DNA from: Heterodontus francisci
Taxonomy: Eukaryota
Length of the DNA stretch: 64,000 nucleotides
Reading direction: 5' to 3'
Assembly: GCF_036365525.1 (NCBI RefSeq)
Contig: NC_090399.1
Location: 60,048,430 to 60,112,429, forward strand
Below are positions 1-12,599 of this stretch, one piece after another (the stretch's first letter is position 1; each line of letters opens with the position of its first letter). Under the pieces are notes generated by a model, which saw nothing but the letters and a program-made list of their open reading frames with translations, was not told the origin of the DNA and searched no databases. Position numbers and translations under genes: made by a program.

Positions 1-1778
1 CCTCTCCAGTTCAATCACATCCTTCATATAGTGTGGTGACCAGAACTGTACACAGTACTCCAGCTGTGGCCTGACTAGCATTTTATACAGCTCCATCATA
101 ACCTCCCTGCTCTTCTATTCGATGCCTTGGCCAAATAATGCAAGTATCCCTTATTACCTTATCTACCTGTGCTGTTGCGTTCAGTGATCTATGGACAAGT
201 ACACCAAGGTCCCTCTGACCCTCTGTACTTCCTAGGGACCTAGCATCCATTGTATATTCCCATGACTTGTTAGTCCTCCCAAAATGCATCACCTCGCACT
301 TCTCAGGATTAAATTCCATTTGCCACTGCTCTGCCCATCTTACCGGCCCATCTATATCATCCTGTAATCTAAGACTTTCCTCCTCACTATTTACGACACC
401 ACCAATTTTAGTGTCATCTGCGAACTTACTGATCATACCTCCTATATTCATGTCTAAATCATTAATGTACACGACAAACAGCACAAATAGCACGATCCCT
501 GCGGTACATAACTGGTCACAGGCTTCCAATCACAAAACACCAATCCACCAACACCCTCTGCCTCCTGCACGGAGTCAATTTTGGATCCAGTTTGCCAAAT
601 TGCCCTGGATCCCATGGGCTCTTATTTTCTTGAATAATCTCCCATGCGGGACCTTATCAAAAGCCTTACTGAAGTCCACGTATACTACATCAACTACTTT
701 ACCCTTATCTACACATCTAATCACCTCCTCGAAAAATTCAGTCAGATTTCTTAGACATGATCTCCCCGACAAAGCCGTGCTGACTATTCTTGATTAATTC
801 CTGCCTCTCCAAGTGGAGATTAATCCTGTCCCTCAGAATATTTTCCAATAGTTTCCCTACCACTGATGTTAGACTCACTGGCCTGTAATTACCTGGTTTA
901 TCCCTACTACCTTTCTTGAATAATGATACCACATTCACTGTCCTCCAGTCCTCTGGCAACTCTCCTGTGGCTAGAGAGGATTTGAAAATTTGTGTCAGAG
1001 CCTCCGAAATCTCCTCCCTTGCCTCACATAGCAGCCTGGTATACATCTCATCTGGTCCTGGGGATTTATCCACTTTTAAGCCCGCTAAAACCACTAATAC
1101 CTCCTCCCTTTCAGTGCTAATTTGTTCAAGTATATCAAATCCTCCTCCACTTACATCATCCTTCTCCATAGTGAACACAGATGAAAAGTAATCATTCAAA
1201 GCCTCACCTATGTTCTCCAGCTCCACATACAAATTGCCACTTTGTAATGGGCCCTACTCTTTCCCTGGTTATCCTCTTGCCCTTAATGTACTTATAAAAC
1301 ACCTTAGGATTTTCCTTTATCTTGCACACCAGTGTTTTTTCATGCCCCCTCTCCTAATTACTTTTTTAAGTACGCCTCTACACTTTCTAAACTCCTCTAG
1401 GGCCTCTGCTGTTTTCCACCCTCTGAATTTGCCATAAGCCTCCTTTTTTTTCTCATCCAATCCTCTTTCCCCCTTGACATCCATGGTTCCCTGGACCTGT
1501 TGGTCCTACCCTTCACCTTTACTGGAACATGTTGGCCCTGAACTCTCACTATTTCCTTTTTGACTGATTCCCACTGGTCTGATGTAGACTTTCCTACAAG
1601 TAGATGCTCCCAGTCCACTTTGGCCAGATCCTGTTTTATCATATTGAAATCGGCCTTCCCCCAATTCAGTATCTTTATTTCCGGTCCATCTTTGCCATTT
1701 TCCATAACTACCTTAAATCGTACAGAGTTATGGTCACAATCACCGTAATGTCCTCCCACTGACACTTCTACCACTTGT
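1..1778 (-). mobile_element. CR1-clade LINE fragment (ORF2: end of endonuclease, linker, RT), frameshifted
   Basis: ORF pieces 1397-1774 (DHNSVRF, NWGKADF), 738-1232 (KSPGPD, NYRPVSLTSVVGK), 575-772 (VYVDFSKAFDKVPH) and 83-529 (SKFADDTK, WQMEFNPEKC) are collinear CR1 ORF2 motifs broken by frameshifts. Confidence 0.95.
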
Positions 1779-2465
1779 TATGGAACAAAGGCAAACAGTA
1801 TGTTAATAGTGTGGTGAAAGACATAACGTTACTAGAGAGAGAGTGTTAATTGACAGAAACATAGAACAACCTGGCCCAAAGCACAAACATGACAAAAATA
1901 AGTGGGTAGGCACATGGTAAAAAAAAATGAATTATGAAACAAAATTAAATAAAATAAACAAATAAAAAGAAAGAAAATAGCTGAAAATAAAAAGTGGGGC
2001 CCGTCATGCTCTGAAATTATTGAACTCAATGTTCAGTCCGGCAGGCTGTAGCGTGCCTAATCGGTAAATGAAATGCTGTTTCTCGAGCTTGCATTGATGT
2101 TCACTGGAACACTGCAGCAAGCCCAGGACAGATATATAGACATGAGAGCAGGGGGTGTGTGTTGAAATGCCCAGCAACCGGAAGCTCAGGGTCATGCTTT
2201 TGGACTGAGCGGAGGTGTTCTGCAAAGCCGTCACCCAGTCTGCATTTGGTCTCCCCAGTATAGTGAAGACTACATTGTGAGCAGTGAATACAGTATACTA
2301 CATTGAAAGAAGTACAAGCTGCATCACCCGAAAGGCGTATTTCGGGCCTTGAATAATGAGGAGAGAGGAGGTGAATGGGCAGGTATTACACCTCCTGCGA
2401 ATGCAGGGGAAGGTGCCATGTGAAGGGGACGAGGTGTCGGAGGTAATAGAGGAGTGGCCCAGGGT
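1779..2465 (-). mobile_element. Penelope-like element fragment (GIY-YIG endonuclease C-terminus plus 3' flank)
   Basis: Minus-strand translation gives GTFPCIRRRCNTCPF ... VVYCIHCSQCSLHYTGETK ... EHLRSV ... LGTLQPAGLNIEF, the CCHH finger and GIY-YIG layout of Penelope elements. Confidence 0.85.
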
Positions 2466-3042
2466 GTCCGCCAGCTCGGTCAGTAGTGGTGTTACCGAGC
2501 CACTGTTGGTGATGGACATTGAAGTCCCCCACCCAGAGTACATTTTGTGCCCTTGCCACCCTCAGTGCTTACTCCAAATGTTGTTCAACATGGTGGAGTA
2601 CTGAGTCATCAGCTGAGGGAGGGCGGTAGGTGGTAATCTGTCGGAGGTTACCTTGTCCATGTTTGACCTGATGCCATGAGACTTCATGGGGTCCGGAGTC
2701 GATGTTAAGGACTCCCAGGACAACTCCCTCCTGACTGTATACCACTGTCCCGCCACCTCTGCTGGATCTGTCCTGCCGATGGGACAGGACATACCCGGGG
2801 ATGGTGATGGCAGTGTCTGGGACATTGTCTGTAAGGTATGATTCCGTGAGTATGACTATGTCAGGCTGTTGCTTGACTAGTCTGTGGGACAGCTCTCCCA
2901 ACTTTGGCACAAGCCCCCAGATGTTAGTAAGGAGGACTTTGCAGGGTCGACAGGGCTGGGTTTGCCGTTGTCGTTTCCGGTGCCTTGGTCGATGCCGGGT
3001 GGTCCGTCCGGTTTCATTCCTTTTTATTGACTTCGTAGCGGT
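2466..3042 (-). mobile_element. Non-LTR retrotransposon apurinic-endonuclease N-terminus (CR1/L2-group LINE), 3' truncated
   Basis: ORF 2569-3051 has NIWGL, PDIVILTES, RQDR..RGGG, YRPPS; past an in-frame stop it continues WVGDFNVHH. These are canonical APE motifs. Confidence 0.85.
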
Positions 3043-3369
3043 TAGGTACAACTGAGTGTCTTGCTAGGCCATTTCAGAGGGCATGTAAGAGTTAACCACA
3101 TTGCTGTGGGTCTGCAGTCACATGTAGGCCAGACCAGGTAAAGACAGCAGATTTCCTTCCCTAAAGGACATGAGTGAACCAGATGGGTTTTTACAACAAT
3201 TGACAATGGTTTCATGGCCATCATTAGACTAGCTTTTAATTCCGGATTTATTAATTAAATTAACATTCCACCTTCTGCTGTGGTGGGATTCGAACCCATG
3301 TCCCCAGAGAAATACCATGGGTTTCTGATTACTAGTCCAGAGATAATACCACTACGCCACCGCCTACCC
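3043..3369 (-). mobile_element. tRNA-derived SINE-like head (Pol III A and B boxes) contiguous with the endonuclease ORF
   Basis: Minus strand has A box TGGCGTAGTGG (3349-3359) and B box GGTTCGAATCC (3286-3296). The body runs into the APE ORF with no SINE tail in between. Confidence 0.8.
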
Positions 3370-4125
3370 GTGAACTCTCGCTCCCTCTCCCACTCTCTTT
3401 ATGCTCCGGCTCCAATCTCGTGTTTCCCACTCTCTGATTGAGCTCTCATTCTCTCTCCCGGTCTCTTTCTGCTCCGGCTCCGCTCTCGCTGTTTCCCACT
3501 CGCTGAGTGAACTCTCGCTCTCTCTCCCGGTCTCTTTCTGCTCCGGCTCCGCCCTCGCTGTTTCCCACTCGCTGAGTGAACTCTCACTCTCCCTCCCACT
3601 CTCTTTATGCTCCGGCTCCACTCTCGTGTTTCCCACTCGCTGAGTGAACTCTCACTCTCTCTCCCGGTCTCTTTATGCTCCGGCTCCACTCTATCTGTTT
3701 CCTGCTCTCTGAGTGAACTCTTGCTCTCTCTCCCGGTCTCTTACTGCTCCGGCTCCGCTCTCGCTGTTTCCCACTCTCTGAGTGAACTCTCGCTCTCTCT
3801 CCCGGTCTCTTTATGCTCCGGCTCCGCTCTCGTGTTTCCCACTCTCTGATTGAACTCTCACTCTCTCTCCCGGTCTCTTTATGCTCCGGCTCCACTCTCG
3901 CTGTTTCCCACTCTCTGATTGAACTCTCGCTCTCTCTCCCGGTCTCTTTATGCTCCGGCTCCGCTCTCGTGTTTCCCACTCTCTGATTGAACTCTCACTC
4001 TCTCTCCCGGTCTCTTTATGCTCCGGCTCCACTCTCGCTGTTTCCCACTCTCTGAGTGAACTCTCGTTCTCTCTCCCGCTCTCTTTATTCTCCGGCTCCA
4101 CTCTCGCTGTTTTCCGCTCTCTAAG
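3370..4125. repeat. 68-69 bp minisatellite, about 11 copies, at the 5' end of a CR1
   Basis: Unit gtgaactctcgctctctctcccggtctctttatgctccggctccactctcgctgtttcccactctctga; the ORF track shows a 23-aa periodicity. Confidence 0.9.
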
Positions 4126-5025
4126 CTCTCTAGTTTCTTGCTTTTCTTTTCTGTTTTTTCAGCCTCCACAGTACAGGGGAAGAAGCTAATTGGCGAGTAA
4201 CTGGTAAGTTATTCTATTTATTACACTTATTACGCTAGCGATAATTAGTTCGTAAATCTAAGGCATGGCAGGACAGCTCGGCCGAGTGGCAAATATATAG
4301 GCAAATTTCTGAGTGCAAAAACAATAGGGCAATAATAGTGGGAATTTCAACTACCTGAATATCAACTGGGATAAAAACAATGTGAAGGGCACTGAGGGCA
4401 CAAAATTCTTGAACTGATTCAAGAGAACTTTTGTAGCCAATACGTAACAAGCACGAGAGGGGGCGTAATTCTAGATTTAGTCTTCAGTAATAGCTGGGCA
4501 AGAGGATGAAGTACCAGTGGGTGACCATTTTGGAGATAGTGACCATAATACACTTAGTTTAAGCATAATCATGGAAAAGGACAAAGATAAAACAGGAGTA
4601 AAAAGTTCTAAATTGGGGTAAAGCAAATTTTACAAAACTGAGGTGATCTGGCGAAAGTGGACTGGATACAGCTACTTGAAGGAAAATCAATGGCAAACCA
4701 GTGCGAGGCATTCAAAAGCGAGATTCTACAGGCACAGTGTAGATGTGTCCCCACAAAGATAAAGGGTGGCACGGCCAAATCTAGAGCCCCCTGATTATCT
4801 AGAAGCAGACAGAGTAAGATTAAGCAGAAAAAGAAAGCTTATAACAGCCACAAAAAACTTAATACTTTAGAAAGCGTAGAGGAGTCTAGAAAGTGCAGGG
4901 GTGAAGTAAAAAAGGAAACTAGGAAAGAAAAGAGAGGACATGAAAAATTATTGGCAGGAAAACCAAGGAAAAAACAAAGATTTTTTTCAATATATTAAGA
5001 GCGAGAGGATAATGAAGGAAAGGGA
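4126..5025 (+). mobile_element. CR1 LINE fragment with large internal deletion (5'UTR and ORF1 start joined to ORF2 endonuclease)
   Basis: ATGGCAGGACAGCTCGGCCGAGTG at 4265 resembles a shark CR1 ORF1 start (MAGQL..V). From ~4290 the sequence reads like CR1 ORF2 (IIVG.FNY..INW, ILDLVF, FGDSDHN, NWGKANF). Confidence 0.75.
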
Positions 5026-5477
5026 AGCGTTTCGAGGATTTCACAAGCATATGGACAAGGAAATGAGTCTGGAGTTGGAATAACTGTTGACATTAATAGT
5101 GATTGCTAGATGTCCTCATTATGATATCAACCTCCCCGTTAACATCAATTTAATGACCTTACTTATCCTGCACTTTCCAAACCTGGGCAAATATTTCTGA
5201 ACAAAAGTAGTTTGGAAGCAGTTAAATGGATTGATTGTCACAGATGATTGTATCTCTGAGGGAGAGTCAGTTTAACAAGTTTATTTAACCTTCTCCTTCC
5301 TTAAACCTGAGCAAGAAGGTCACGTCAGTTACCGAACACTTCCCTGATAGAGATACAGACACTGACTCATTCTGAATATAGATCCATGGACAATGACACC
5401 TACTGGAAAATGGATAGTGCCAACAATCACTTAGTGTTTGATGTAAAATTTCCTGATATTATAGGAGGGTAAGAGAA

Positions 5478-7300
5478 GCACGAGCTGGACGAAAAGCCAA
5501 CAAAATCGGAACTCAGTGATGCCATTGATTCTCTAGCCAGTGGAAAAGCCCCTGGGAAGGACGGCATTACTCCTGAAATAATCAAGAGTGCCAAGCCTGC
5601 TATACTCTCAGCACTCAACGAACTGCTTTGCCTGTGCTGGGATGAGGGAGCAGTACCACAGGACATGCGCAATGCCAACATCATCACCCTCTATTAGAAC
5701 AAGGGTGACCGCGGTGACTGCAACAACTACCGTGGAATCTCCCTGCTCAGCATAGTGGGGAAGGTCTTCGCTCGAGTTGCTTTAAACAGACTCCAGAAGC
5801 TGTCTGAGCGCATCTACCCTGAGGCACAGTGTGGCTTTCGAGCAGAGAGACCTACCATGGACATGATGTTCTCCCTTCGCCAGCTGCAGGAGAAATGCCG
5901 TGAACAACAGATGCCCCTCTACGTTGCTTTCATAGATCTCACCAAAGCCTTTGACCTCGTCAGCAGACGTGGTCTCTTCAGACTACTAGAAAAGATTGGA
6001 TGTCCACCAAAGCTACTAAGTATCATCACCTCATTCCATGACAATATGAAAGGCACAATTCAACATAGCAGCGCCTCATCAGACCCCTTTCCTATCCTGA
6101 GTGGCGTGAAACAGGGCTGTGTTTTCGCACTTACACTGTTTGGGATCTTCTTCTCCCTGCTGCTCTCACATGCATTCAAATCTTCAGAAGAAGGAATTTT
6201 CCTCCACACAAGATCAGATGGCAGGTTGTTCAACCTTGCCCGTCTAAGAGCGAAGACCAAAGTACGGAAAGTCCTCATCAAGGAACTCCTCTTTGCTGAC
6301 GATGCTGCATTAACATCCCACAATGAAGTGTGTCTGCAGAGTCTCATCGACAGGATTACGGCTGCCTGCAACAAATTTGGCCTAAACATCAGCCTCAAGA
6401 AAATGAACATCATGGGACAGGATGTCAGAAATGCTCCATCCATCAATATCGATGACCACGCTCTGGAAGTGGTTCAAGACTTTACCTACCTAGGCTCAAC
6501 TATCACCAGTAACCTGTCTCTCGATGCAGAAATCAACAAGCACATGGGAAAGGCTTCCACTGCTATGTCCAGACTGGCCAAGAGATTGTGGGAAAATGGC
6601 GCACTGACATGGAACACAAAAGTCCGAGTGTATGAAGCCTGTGTCCTCAGTACCTTGCTCTACGGCAGCGAGGCCTGGACAACGTATGTCAGCCAAAAGC
6701 GACGTCTCAATTCATTCCATCTTCGCTGCCTCCAGAGTATCCTTGGCATCAGGTGGCAGGACCGTATCTCCAACACAGAAGTCCTCGAGACGGCCAACAT
6801 GCCCAGCATATACACCCTACTGAGCCAGCGGCGCTTGAGATGGCTTGGCCATGTGAGCCACATGGAAGATGGCAGGATCCCCAAAGACACATTGTACAGC
6901 GAGCTCGCCACTGGTATCAGACCCGCCGGCCGTCCATGTCACCGCTTTAAAGACGTTTCAAAACGCGACATGAAGTATTGTGACATTGATTACAAGTTGT
7001 GGGAGTCTGTTACCCGTGATCGCCAGAGCTGGCAGACAGCCATAAAGGCGGGGCTAAAGAGTGGCGAGTCGAAGAGACTTAGCAATTGGCAGGAAAAAAG
7101 AAAAACGCAAGGGGAGAGCCAACTGTGTAACAGCCCCGACAACCAATTTTATCTGCAGCGCCTGTGGAAGAGTCTGTCACTCTAGAATTGGCCTTTTAGC
7201 CACACCAGGCGTTGCTTCACAAACCACTGACCACCTCCAGGCACTTACCCATTGTCTCTCAAAACAAAGAGGCCAAATAAGAAAAAAGAAGAAGAATGAA
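5478..7300 (+). mobile_element. RTE-clade LINE, 5' truncated, RT domain almost intact
   Basis: KAPGKDGI ... NYRGISLLSIVGK, QCGFR, FIDLTKAFD, GVKQGC, LLFADDA, FTYLGS, RLRWLGHV; one in-frame TAG at 5695; Cys/His C-terminus in a shifted frame; (GAA)n-like tail near 7280-7300. Confidence 0.93.
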
Positions 7301-7306
7301 GAAATC

Positions 7307-7917
7307 TGTATGATTTTTGTGTGTTTGTGCTGGATGTAACTCGCTTTTAACCAACCAGGTTCTTTCTCTGTATTCTTAAGTCAAGATAGTGAGTTCATTA
7401 AGCACAGCAAGGATTTGCAAACAATTCTAAACCAATGGCAGTAGTTAAACAGCAGAGTGCCCTCAGTTTGGCTTCCCGAGCTGTTGTGGTGAAGTCTTCT
7501 CTCTTGAGGTGTTCTGTTGACTGCAGGATGGTCTTTTCTCAAATCTGTGTGTGCTGATGTCTCTCAGCACCTTTCATTTATACCCGCACCCTGATCCTCC
7601 GACGGTTCCTTCATTCCATATTAGGTTACATTCCACCTGAACCCTTTCGATTGATCAGGTATGGCCTCAACTTTCATACATTGTCTCTGAAGATAGCTTG
7701 ATGGCCTAAGTCATTGTCACACAATGGGGAATGTTTGCTATCCCCATCAACATTCCAGTCATGAATAGTCTCCGAACACCTTTATTTACATTTCCATCAT
7801 GAGGCCGACAAGTCTATCAATTATTGTGACCCTGAGCCTGTCTTAATTGAAATGCAGTAAGGTACTTATCAAAACATCCTGCCTCATAGCAAAGTCACTT
7901 CTGTTATTGTTGTTACA
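7307..7917 (-). mobile_element. 3' LTR of endogenous retrovirus 1 (611 bp)
   Basis: Termini TGTA...TACA; minus-strand TATA (GGGTATAAAT near 7576-7585); purine tract just upstream on the minus strand (7924-7943); 7307-7545 is a diverged direct repeat of 13540-13785. Confidence 0.8.
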
Positions 7918-8229
7918 GTTAAACCGTCTTCCACCATCTCTCCAATACAGCGTACAAATATACATTTCACATAACAACATGATTCCAAACATGAGGTCCA
8001 TAACTTAATTCTAATATAATACATTGATACATATACAAAGGATAACTATTCCTGAACATAACCACAATATTATTTCAAATTATTCTACTTTAAAACATAG
8101 CACCTCATGTGAATTGTATCAGGCCACAACTCGCACAGATTCATCCAACAGATTAAATATGGCAGTTGTTAACCCCTTAGTTCCTACAGTGCCCACCGTG
8201 AGGGTAAAATACCAGATGGCATTGATCCC

Positions 8230-9002
8230 TCATACATTACCCTTAAGTGGGGCATATTCTTTCATGGTCTCCTGTCTAATTCTCATTTTCTTTCTCATCC
8301 CCATGATTTGTCTTAACGCACACACCAAAATCAAATTATCACCTATTGAACGATTACAAAGACATGGGAAATAATCCTGATCCAAGGGGGTATTTCAATG
8401 TCACACCAGTGACTCTCATCCCCTATCTCAGGGATTTCCTTATTAATTTCCTCATTTTATTGTTGCAGGACATAAAAGTGTTTGTTGGATGTATTGAGTC
8501 TTTGCAATAGCTCAGTCAGATGTTCAGGAAAAGGGGGAATGCCATAAACAAATCTACTGACATATTGATATAACTGCTCCTTGAGGTCATCTTTAACAGT
8601 GATATTTATTTGCTGATTATTCCTTATACTGAATAGGACCTTGTTTACTATCTGAGCCCTTAGAGAGGGACTAAAACAAAATTCTCCCTTATTTATTTGA
8701 CACATTAAACTGCCATATGTATACTCTGTGTGGGTAGTAACAACACAATAACTTCCCTCACCTTGGTAGACAGAGTGATTGGGAAACTCCTCTCCACTCA
8801 CTATTTCCATTGCACAGTTGAGGGGATCTTTGTTCCAGGTTAATCCACATGCTGGAGCAGAGTTTTCTATAATATCATATGGGCAAACAAAGGCATCCTC
8901 TGACTGGAGACACCCAGACAAGTCAGGGGCAACCCAGGTGGTTTCATTGACCAGGGAGATATAAATAGGTGGATTTTTGCATCTAACAATGTGATTCCTC
9001 AT
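8230..9002 (-). pseudogene. env: ERV1 env remnant (Cys-rich ectodomain, heptad repeat, TM anchor), resembling class I fusion proteins of the paramyxovirus F type
   Basis: ORF 8457-9002 (PDLSGC..x..FVCP, C..NCAMEIVSG, YC) is followed, through stops and frameshifts, by NEEINKEI and a TM-like WIRIISHVFVIVQ*VI/LILVCAL with a basic tail RKKMR. It lies just inside the 3' LTR. Confidence 0.72.
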
Positions 9003-9249
9003 TATTATCTGTTCCTTAACAACTGTTGCAGTAATTCAAGATTCCCAAGATCAATTCTTTATTCTTTTGCTGAAGCTTGTTAATTCTAAATGATTGTCCT
9101 GTTCTCAGTACTTTTGTTTCAAGTAACAGATCAGGCATGGACTTGAATGATTCTCCAGCTCTCTCTTTACCATATCCATCATGTGGATCATTCCTAGCCC
9201 TTCAACTGTCTCTCTGAACTTTCATCTTACTACTTCTGCCCATTTCCAG

Positions 9250-9488
9250 TGTGTTTAATTCTATTCTAATTGTTTTAAAGTCAGTTACTCTATGGAATAT
9301 GTGACAATGCCTTGACAATTTAAAACATGTTTCACTCTATTGGCCACGTTAACCATTCCCTGTGGAGTAGGTGAACCTGTCTGAGACCTGTTCTTCAGTG
9401 CATTGCATTGTGCATTCTGCATGTTAGTTTAGCCGTAACACATCACATTTGCACACTTACACCAGTGTCCCAATATCATGTCACACAT
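9250..9488 (-). pseudogene. Possible ERV1 protease remnant
   Basis: Minus strand at ~9450-9488 reads CDMIL-DTGVSV if one extra G is removed, similar to the retropepsin DTG motif. The rest is too decayed to confirm. Confidence 0.3.
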
Positions 9489-9824
9489 GGGTGACACAGT
9501 GGCGCAGTGGTTAGCACCACAGCCCAGCCTCACAGCTCCAGCGACCCGGGTTCAGTTCTGGGTACTGCCTGTGCGGAGTTTGCAAGTTCTCCTTGTGTCT
9601 GTGTGGGTTTCCGCCGGGTGCTCCGGTTTCTTCCCACAGCCAAAGACTTGCAGGTTGATTAGTAAATTGCCCCTCGTGTAGGTAGGTGGTAGGAGAATGG
9701 TGGGGATGTGGTAGAGAATATAGGGTTAATGTAAGATTAGTATAAATGGGTGGTTGTTGGTCGGCACAGACTCGGTGTGCCCAAGGGCCTGTTTCAGTGC
9801 TGTATCTCTGAATAAATAAATAAA
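9489..9824 (+). mobile_element. HE1-type tRNA-derived SINE inserted in ERV1
   Basis: A box TGGCGCAGTGG, B-box-like GGGTTCAGTTC, V-domain-like GTGTGGGTTTCCGCCGGGTGCTCCGGTTTC, CR1-type tail gggcctgtttcagtgctgtatctct and (AATA)n end. Confidence 0.9.
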
Positions 9825-11180
9825 TTCCTGACTCTCTGGTGATCTTAACACAAGATGAAAAAGGGGAGGTGGTGGGAAGGTGTCTCGAGAGCCTTGTTCA
9901 TCTCCCCCTGCATGGTCTGAATGCTTTGGGTAGTGGCCAGAATGTCAATCAGTTCTCTTAAAAAACAACGTAGGCAAGGACACAAATCTCCAAGGGAAAG
10001 CTTTCAATTTATAATTCTTAACTACACTTTCCTAACTCTTACTGGAAAATTCTGGACTTCCTGGAAATTATGCACATTAGTTTGAATTCTGATTCTGCCA
10101 TTTTTTGTCCCTAACATTCCTTTATTAGCTCTCGCACCAGCCAGATTTTTATTTCGAATTCTCATTAATTATAATTCTCTTTTATTTCTGAGCCCTGGAG
10201 AACCTCTACAGTCCATTACCCACCTGTCTTTAAAACAGGCATCAGACAGACCCTTAATCACTATCTCACTGTCGTGGTAGCCCTCACCTACACAACACCT
10301 TACCCAGTAACAGTTTACCAGCAGGCATAAGTGTAGTTTATTTTTTGAAAATTAAAATTTTGTTTATCCCAATTTGTTTTATCAATTCCTATTTTAGAAA
10401 TAATTATCCCCAGGCTTGGTGGTTTTAAATGGTGCTTTTATATCAGACAAAAGTGCTTGCATGTGTTTAGAGGCGACCTTCACATTTCTTGTTCATTCTA
10501 TGATTTCTTGCTGTTCTTGCTATACCAGCATCACCTCTTTAACAAAAACAGAGAATCCATTTAGTTCTGGTTAGGATCCCAATGGGTTATGATGTCGAAT
10601 CATATTTGTTAATTTATCAACTTAAAATTTCATAATGCCCATATACTGCATATAAATCTTCAATGAACTAAAGGTTGTGCAGTGAGCTAAGCTGCTGGCG
10701 GAGGGGGTTAACTCTCTGCTGCTTTGAACAAAAACTCGCAGATGGACCCTTGATGTTATCATCACCCTCCTTTCAAAAAAAAATAAAATAACAAAGGCAT
10801 TGCCATGTGCTTTGGCTAGTTTGAACTGGGTTTTTTTTCACAAAGTAAATACCTGAATTTTTCCTATGAGACTGTTCTTTTATTTCAAACTCTTGTGATA
10901 TCTTTTCTTTCCCCCTAAAACTTGCTCAGATTTCAGAACATTATGCTCACTTTATTTGCTCCAACATTCCAAGCCCTCTCTTTTTTTAAACCTAGAAACA
11001 AATGCATTTGATGATTAGACAAACCAATTCAACCTGTTTTCTTCTGAACAAAGAAAGGCTTTTTAAACTTTTACTGAATTCCTTTTCCCAACTATTTCAG
11101 AGCAAGAACTCCAATGATTCCCAAAAAGAAACTTTTAACTTTTGTGAAAATGTCTCTAACCTAAGAACAACTCGACATTC

Positions 11181-11322
11181 ATTATCTGATGAAAGGTCAC
11201 TGACCTGAAACCATGAACTCTGCTTCTCTCTCCATAGATGCTGCCAGACCTGCTGAGTATTTCCAGCACGTTCTGTTTTTATTTCAGATTTCCAGCATCC
11301 GCAGTATTTTGCTTTTATTTAT
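11181..11322 (+). mobile_element. Penelope-like terminal-repeat fragment with a degenerate minimal hammerhead ribozyme
   Basis: CTGATGA (11186-11192), hairpin AGGTCA-C-TGACCT, GAAA (11207-11210), then gatgctgccagacctgctgagtatttccagca typical of shark PLE repeats. Stem I and stem III appear mutated. Confidence 0.65.
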
Positions 11323-12599
11323 TATTAATCATAAACGCTTCAAACAACCCAAAATGCAATTTACACTGTCTAACATTAAAACCATCCCATTCTAACATGT
11401 GTGGATTTGTATCGGAATAAAATTCTCACGTTTTATCATCAGAACTAGAATGTCACTGTGAGCACCAATGAATTTCACAACTTAAAATGGTTTACTTTAT
11501 TAATTCCCCATCCCTTTAGACTGCTTATAATTCTCATATTTAACACAAAGTGCCAAATCTATCGCAGATTGCGAGTTCTATGGATAATTAAAAAATAATT
11601 ATTACAAATGCACACACACATGAAACAGACAATTTAAAACAAGTTGCACTCCAGACCAGAAAGGGTTAAACAGCTTTCAGTTCACTGCAGTGAAGAGGAC
11701 ACACAAAAAACATTCAAACAAAAGAATCGCGCACAAACCCAAACTGAGAAAAGGTCTTTCATTCAGAAATTCGGAAGCTTCCTCTCACATACACTGCAGC
11801 CACTCTGGGTCTTTTCAACTTTAATAACTTAAACCTACTTATCAACTAAACACAGAACAGAATAAACACATACTTTTCCTTTAAAAGGGAAAAGAAGAAA
11901 ATAAATTACATCACTTGTCTTCTTTCTTCAGGTACCTTTTATAAATGCTGCAATAACTAAAGATTTAATTCCACAAACCAAAAGGAAGCATTCAACATTA
12001 ATAGCCCAAAAAGAAAATCACCCAGCAAACCTTTTGCAGCCTGTTAAGCAGGGCTTTCAGTCACAGGGAGATTCTTAAAGGGACAGAACACGACAACTTC
12101 ACATCTTCCGTTCTCCTTCATTTCAACAGAACTTATCCTTTTCTTGTTTAACCCAACATTGATACAAATGTATGCAGTACACACATTAAACAAGCAATAA
12201 CTTGAAAACAGCATGCAAAACTGGACTAAAGAGGGTTAATTAATCTACATTTCAGTGATACAGGACACTGAGCACACACACATACAGAATCACACAGACA
12301 GGAGTTACTCTTGGTTTAAATGTCTCGACACAGGAGCTGAGCTGGATAGCTGAGCAGTGACAGTTTCAACTTGAACTTCTTATCACGACCAATCCGGTCG
12401 CTCACACACCGTCCTAACCTTTACGGTGGGCTATCATAATTTCTTTTCCTTTTATCCATTCTTCCTCATGGGCAATCTATTTCAAGTTCCAAAATTCTCA
12501 ATTCACACTAAGTCCCCATTTCAACAGTGCCTATCTCATGGACACAGGCTTGGAAATCACTTGGGCTCAGGGGCTGGGATCGGGAGATAGTTCCTGTCT

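Noticed and set aside
3280-3369. tRNA gene
   Set aside because: A and B boxes are present, but they are the head of a retroelement with an over-long spacer and no clear cloverleaf or terminator.
8024-8374. 116-aa plus-strand ORF with a hydrophobic stretch
   Set aside because: Antisense to the decayed env 3' end; no recognisable motif.
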